Shown: one piece after another, positions 60,471-64,000 of the stretch | Position numbering within the stretch: the first letter of the stretch is position 1 | Layout: each line of letters opens with the position of its first letter | NCBI GenBank assembly: GCA_963796105.1 | Contig: CAWCKJ010000004.1 | Coordinates: forward strand, 1,024,001 to 1,088,000 | Origin: a candidate division FCPU426 bacterium | GTDB lineage: Bacteria; Oederibacteriota; Muellerivitia; Muellerivitales; Muellerivitaceae | Length of the DNA: 64,000 nt | Direction: 5' to 3' | Program-made: the position numbers and the translations under genes | The notes under the pieces: model-generated | Database searches by the model: none | The model's input: only the letters and a program-made list of their open reading frames with translations | Told to the model about the DNA's origin: nothing

Positions 60471-62591
60471 ATGACAACAAAAACACCTGATATCAAAAGC
60501 CTTTTCGAGCCCAAAAGCGTGGCGGTGATCGGGGCATCCGCTCTTATGGATAAGATCGGTTACAAGATCGTGGACAACATCCTGACCGGCGGTTATAAGG
60601 GCCGGGTTTATCCCGTGAACCCCAAGGGAGGGGAAGTGCTGGGTCTTAAAATGAAGACCAGCCTTGCGGAAATCCCGGAGCCGGTGGACATGGCCTGCAT
60701 CGTTATTCCGGCCAAACTGGTCATGGATTCCGTCAAGGCCTGCGCGAAAAACGGTACAAAGTTTCTATCCATCATTACCTCCGGTTTTTCCGAAGTGGGC
60801 AACGCGGAGGAGGAAAAATCCATCGTCACTTTCTCCCGCGATAATGGCATGCGCGTCCTAGGGCCCAATATTTTTGGAATTTACTCGGCTAAAGCCTCCA
60901 TGAATGCCATGTTTGGACCCAGGGTCCAAAGCGGGAACGTGGCCATCATCACCCAGAGCGGAGCGCTTGGAATCGGGATGATCGGGAAGACCGCGGTGGA
61001 TCACATCGGCCTTTCCGCCATGGTTTCCGTGGGAAACAAGGCCGACCTGACCGAATCGGACCTGCTGGACTATCTCGCCGATGACCCCCTCACCAAGGTC
61101 ATCATGCTTTATGTGGAGGGCATTCGGGACGGGGAGAGGATGGTCGCCGCCATGGCCCGGGTAGCCCGAAAGAAACCTATCGTATTGATCAAATCGGGAC
61201 GCTCCAAGCGGGGCGCCATGGCCGCCGCCTCCCACACCGGCGCCCTCGCAGGGTCCGATGAGATCCTTAACGACATCGTCAAACAATGCGGCGTTTTGAG
61301 GGCCGAGAATATCCAGGACGCCTTCAACTGGTGCAAGTTTTTCACCTGTAGCGCCACTCCAAGGGGCGAGAACACAGTCATCATCACCAACGGCGGCGGA
61401 ATCGGGGTCATCACCACCGACGCCTGCGAGAAATACCAGGTCCAGCTTTATGACGACTCGCAGGTCATGAAGAAGATCTTCGTCAAGGCGGTCCCAGATT
61501 TTGGCTCCCTCAAGAACCCCATCGACCTCACAGGCCAGGCTAGGTCCGAGGATTACAACGCGGCCATGGACGCGGCCCTGAGCAACGAGAATATCCATTC
61601 CGTGATCGGCCTTTACTGTGAAACTGCGGTTTTTGACGTGAACAACCTAGCCACCATGATCCGCGAGAACACCGTGCGCTACCAAAAAGGAGGTAAACCC
61701 ATCCTATTCTCCATCTTCGGAGGAGAGGCCACCGAGAACTGTATCCTTTCGCTGCGCAAGGACAACGCTCCGGTGTTCCCGGACGTGTATGAGGCCGTTT
61801 CCTGCTTGGGGTCCCTGATGACCCAGTACCGCCACACCCTGACACCCCCGACCCTTCCAGAGGAAGCGACGGTCCCGGTCCGGGAAGTGGAAGCCATCCT
61901 GGACAAGGCCCGGCAGGAGGGGCGTTATTTCCTCCTGGCCCACGAGGGCCAGAAGCTCATGGAGCTTTGCGAAATCCCCATTCCCCAGAGCGCCGTGGCG
62001 CGAAGCCTGGAGGAAGCCGTCAAGGCCGCGGACAAGATCGGCTACCCGGTCGTGATGAAAGTGATCTCCCGCGACATTCTTCACAAGAGCGACGTGGGCG
62101 GGGTAGCCCTGGACCTGGAGAACCCCAAGGAAGTCATGGACGCCTACGAGGCGATCCTGCATAACTGCCGGAACCATAATCCCCGCGCGGTCATCGAGGG
62201 CATGGAAGTCTCCGAGATGGTGAAGCGCGGCATCGAGACCATCGTGGGCGCCAGGCGCGACGCCTCCTTCGGGCCCATCGCCATGTGCGGTATGGGAGGC
62301 ATTTACGTGGAAGTCATGAAGGACGTGGCATTCCGGGCGGTTCCTTTTTCCCGCCAGGAGGTTCTTTCTATGATCAAGCAAACCCGGATCTATCCGCTGC
62401 TGTTGGGGGTCCGGGGTGACGAGAAGAAGGACATTGAGCGGGTGATCGACGCGATCATCCTGCTGGGTTCCCTGGTGCGGCAATGCCCGGGGATATCCGA
62501 CATTGAGGTGAACCCCCTGGTGGTGTACGATCAGGGGAGCGGGATCAAGGCTGTGGACGTGCGGGTACTTTTATCGGAGAGGCGCTTGTAA
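60471..62591 (+). CDS. Acetate/acyl-CoA ligase (ADP-forming), fused alpha-beta
   Basis: P.SVAVIGAS, GPN, SHTGALAG (phospho-His retained), NPIDL, HKSDVGGV ATP-grasp. Confidence 0.92.
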   Translation: MTTKTPDIKSLFEPKSVAVIGASALMDKIGYKIVDNILTGGYKGRVYPVNPKGGEVLGLKMKTSLAEIPEPVDMACIVIPAKLVMDSVKACAKNGTKFLSIITSGFSEVGNAEEEKSIVTFSRDNGMRVLGPNIFGIYSAKASMNAMFGPRVQSGNVAIITQSGALGIGMIGKTAVDHIGLSAMVSVGNKADLTESDLLDYLADDPLTKVIMLYVEGIRDGERMVAAMARVARKKPIVLIKSGRSKRGAMAAASHTGALAGSDEILNDIVKQCGVLRAENIQDAFNWCKFFTCSATPRGENTVIITNGGGIGVITTDACEKYQVQLYDDSQVMKKIFVKAVPDFGSLKNPIDLTGQARSEDYNAAMDAALSNENIHSVIGLYCETAVFDVNNLATMIRENTVRYQKGGKPILFSIFGGEATENCILSLRKDNAPVFPDVYEAVSCLGSLMTQYRHTLTPPTLPEEATVPVREVEAILDKARQEGRYFLLAHEGQKLMELCEIPIPQSAVARSLEEAVKAADKIGYPVVMKVISRDILHKSDVGGVALDLENPKEVMDAYEAILHNCRNHNPRAVIEGMEVSEMVKRGIETIVGARRDASFGPIAMCGMGGIYVEVMKDVAFRAVPFSRQEVLSMIKQTRIYPLLLGVRGDEKKDIERVIDAIILLGSLVRQCPGISDIEVNPLVVYDQGSGIKAVDVRVLLSERRL

Positions 62592-62592
62592 A

Positions 62593-63624
62593 ATGAAAAC
62601 AATCGTCATTGGATCCAGCGAAAAAAGCGCCGGGAAAACCGGCGTGATCTTGGGCTTGCGCGGCGCCCTGGGAAAGGGGGCGGGGTACATGAAGCCCCTC
62701 GGCGACCGGCTGATCTACCGCAAAAAGCAGTTGTGGGACTACGATTCGGCCCTCGTCACTAACCTTTGGGGCCTGAAGGAGAATCCCGAGGACATCTCCA
62801 TCGGTTTCGAGCATGCCAAGCTCAAGTACAAGTACGACGCTGAAACCACCGTCGAGAAGGTGCACGAAGTGGCGGCCCGGGCGGGCTCAGGTAAGGACAT
62901 CCTCTTCGTGGAGGGCGGGAACCAGTTGGGGTACGGCTTGTCCGTGCACCTGGACGCGGTTTCAGTGGCGAAGGCCCTGAAAGGGGACCTGGTGATCGTG
63001 GTGAGCGGATCCGAGAGCTCCATCGCGGATGATTTATATTCCATCAAAAGAAACCTGGACCTCCAGGGGGTGAACTTCAAGGGAGTCATTCTCAACAAGA
63101 TCCACGATCTCCAAGATTTCAAGGATACGCATCTGCTGGGCCTCGAGAAACTGGGTATGCCGATTCTCGGACTCATCCCTTACAAGAAGGAACTCACTCA
63201 TTTCACTATGGGCTACCTTGCGGACATTCTTTTCTCCAAGATCCTCGCCGGGGAGGAAGGGCTGTCGAACCCGGTGGAGCATATCGTGATCGGGGCCATG
63301 TCGGTGGGAAGCGCCCTGCGCGAGACTTCCTTCATGAAGGAACATAAACTGGTCATCACCGCGGGAGACAGGACGGACATGATCCAGGCGGCCTTTGAGG
63401 GAAAAACCTCCGGCATCATCCTGACCAACAACATCCTGCCGCCCCCGAATATCATCGCCCGGGCAACCGAGTTGAAGATTCCCTTGCTCTTGGTGTCCAC
63501 CGATACCTTCTTGACGGCCAAGCACGTGGATTCCATGGAGCCGCTCCTCACCAAGAATGACCAGGTCAAAGTCGGGTTGTTGACCCAGTTGGTCAAGGAC
63601 CACGTGGATTTGAAAAAGTTCTAA
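62593..63624 (+). CDS. BioD-like plus DRTGG protein (Pta N-terminal-like, no catalytic Pta domain)
   Basis: AGKT, YMKPLG, VEG, IGAM, GDR.D. Confidence 0.85.
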   Translation: MKTIVIGSSEKSAGKTGVILGLRGALGKGAGYMKPLGDRLIYRKKQLWDYDSALVTNLWGLKENPEDISIGFEHAKLKYKYDAETTVEKVHEVAARAGSGKDILFVEGGNQLGYGLSVHLDAVSVAKALKGDLVIVVSGSESSIADDLYSIKRNLDLQGVNFKGVILNKIHDLQDFKDTHLLGLEKLGMPILGLIPYKKELTHFTMGYLADILFSKILAGEEGLSNPVEHIVIGAMSVGSALRETSFMKEHKLVITAGDRTDMIQAAFEGKTSGIILTNNILPPPNIIARATELKIPLLLVSTDTFLTAKHVDSMEPLLTKNDQVKVGLLTQLVKDHVDLKKF

Positions 63625-63791
63625 TACTTTTTCAGTTCTTTTAATCTCGGTCTGATTGAGGACTAACGTTCCTGGATGGATGTTTCGGGTTTGTTAAATG
63701 ACCGATCGGGAAACACCCAATTCTTATTAATCTTCACTCCAAATTTCTCCGAAAATAAAAAAATGTCTTGTTTGGTTTTCTGGTTGTTTTT

Positions 63792-63876
63792 TGTGGATAA
63801 AATCATCAAAACAAATCAAGGAACATGAAAAATAAAGGGATTTAAGCTTGTGGATAACTTTTTTACCTTATCCCTC
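63792..63876. promoter_or_regulatory. DnaA-box cluster
   Basis: TGTGGATAA at 63792-63800 and 63849-63857, TTATCCCTC at 63868-63876, in AT-rich DNA. Confidence 0.55.
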
Positions 63877-64000
63877 CCCTGGATTTTTTTATGAGTTCGG
63901 TCATAAAATCATTGCTGAATCGCTAAAAAAAAGTAATTATTAAGCCCTCAAATTTAAGGTTTACCTACCGGCTCTTAGCCTTTGGGTGCCAACCGCAACT

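Overview
Bacterial chromosomal window from a diderm (it encodes porins and lipoproteins); the taxon cannot be determined from the sequence. Main blocks: (1) two divergent IS1595-family elements stacked in one 8-bp target site (GCATTTTC x3) upstream of purE. (2) A ~19 kb respiratory / extracellular electron transfer island (12.4-31.2 kb). It encodes a decaheme MtrA/DmsE-type cytochrome, an MtrB/PioB porin and a heme-free lipoprotein in the MtrC position. It also has a tetraheme-cytochrome/NrfC/NrfD module, a Rieske plus cytochrome b-diheme c fusion, two paralogous monoheme cytochromes, TatA/TatC, two ResB-like proteins, CcsA and a heme-related radical SAM enzyme. (3) A GT-C/PA14 gene split at a C7 tract, a VIT1 transporter and a 21/42-bp tandem repeat. 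(4) An O2/NO/iron stress cluster (hemerythrins, one split by an IS21; Crp/Fnr; Ric-like; DUF2249; SOD; ZIP). (5) An A1-type heme-copper oxidase operon and a His-less sensor kinase. (6) An acetate/acyl-CoA cluster. A recurrent intergenic palindrome, TATGAC-N4-GTCATA (11 sites), links blocks 2, 4, 5 and 6 into a candidate regulon. Product calls come from motif recognition by eye; no database searches were run.
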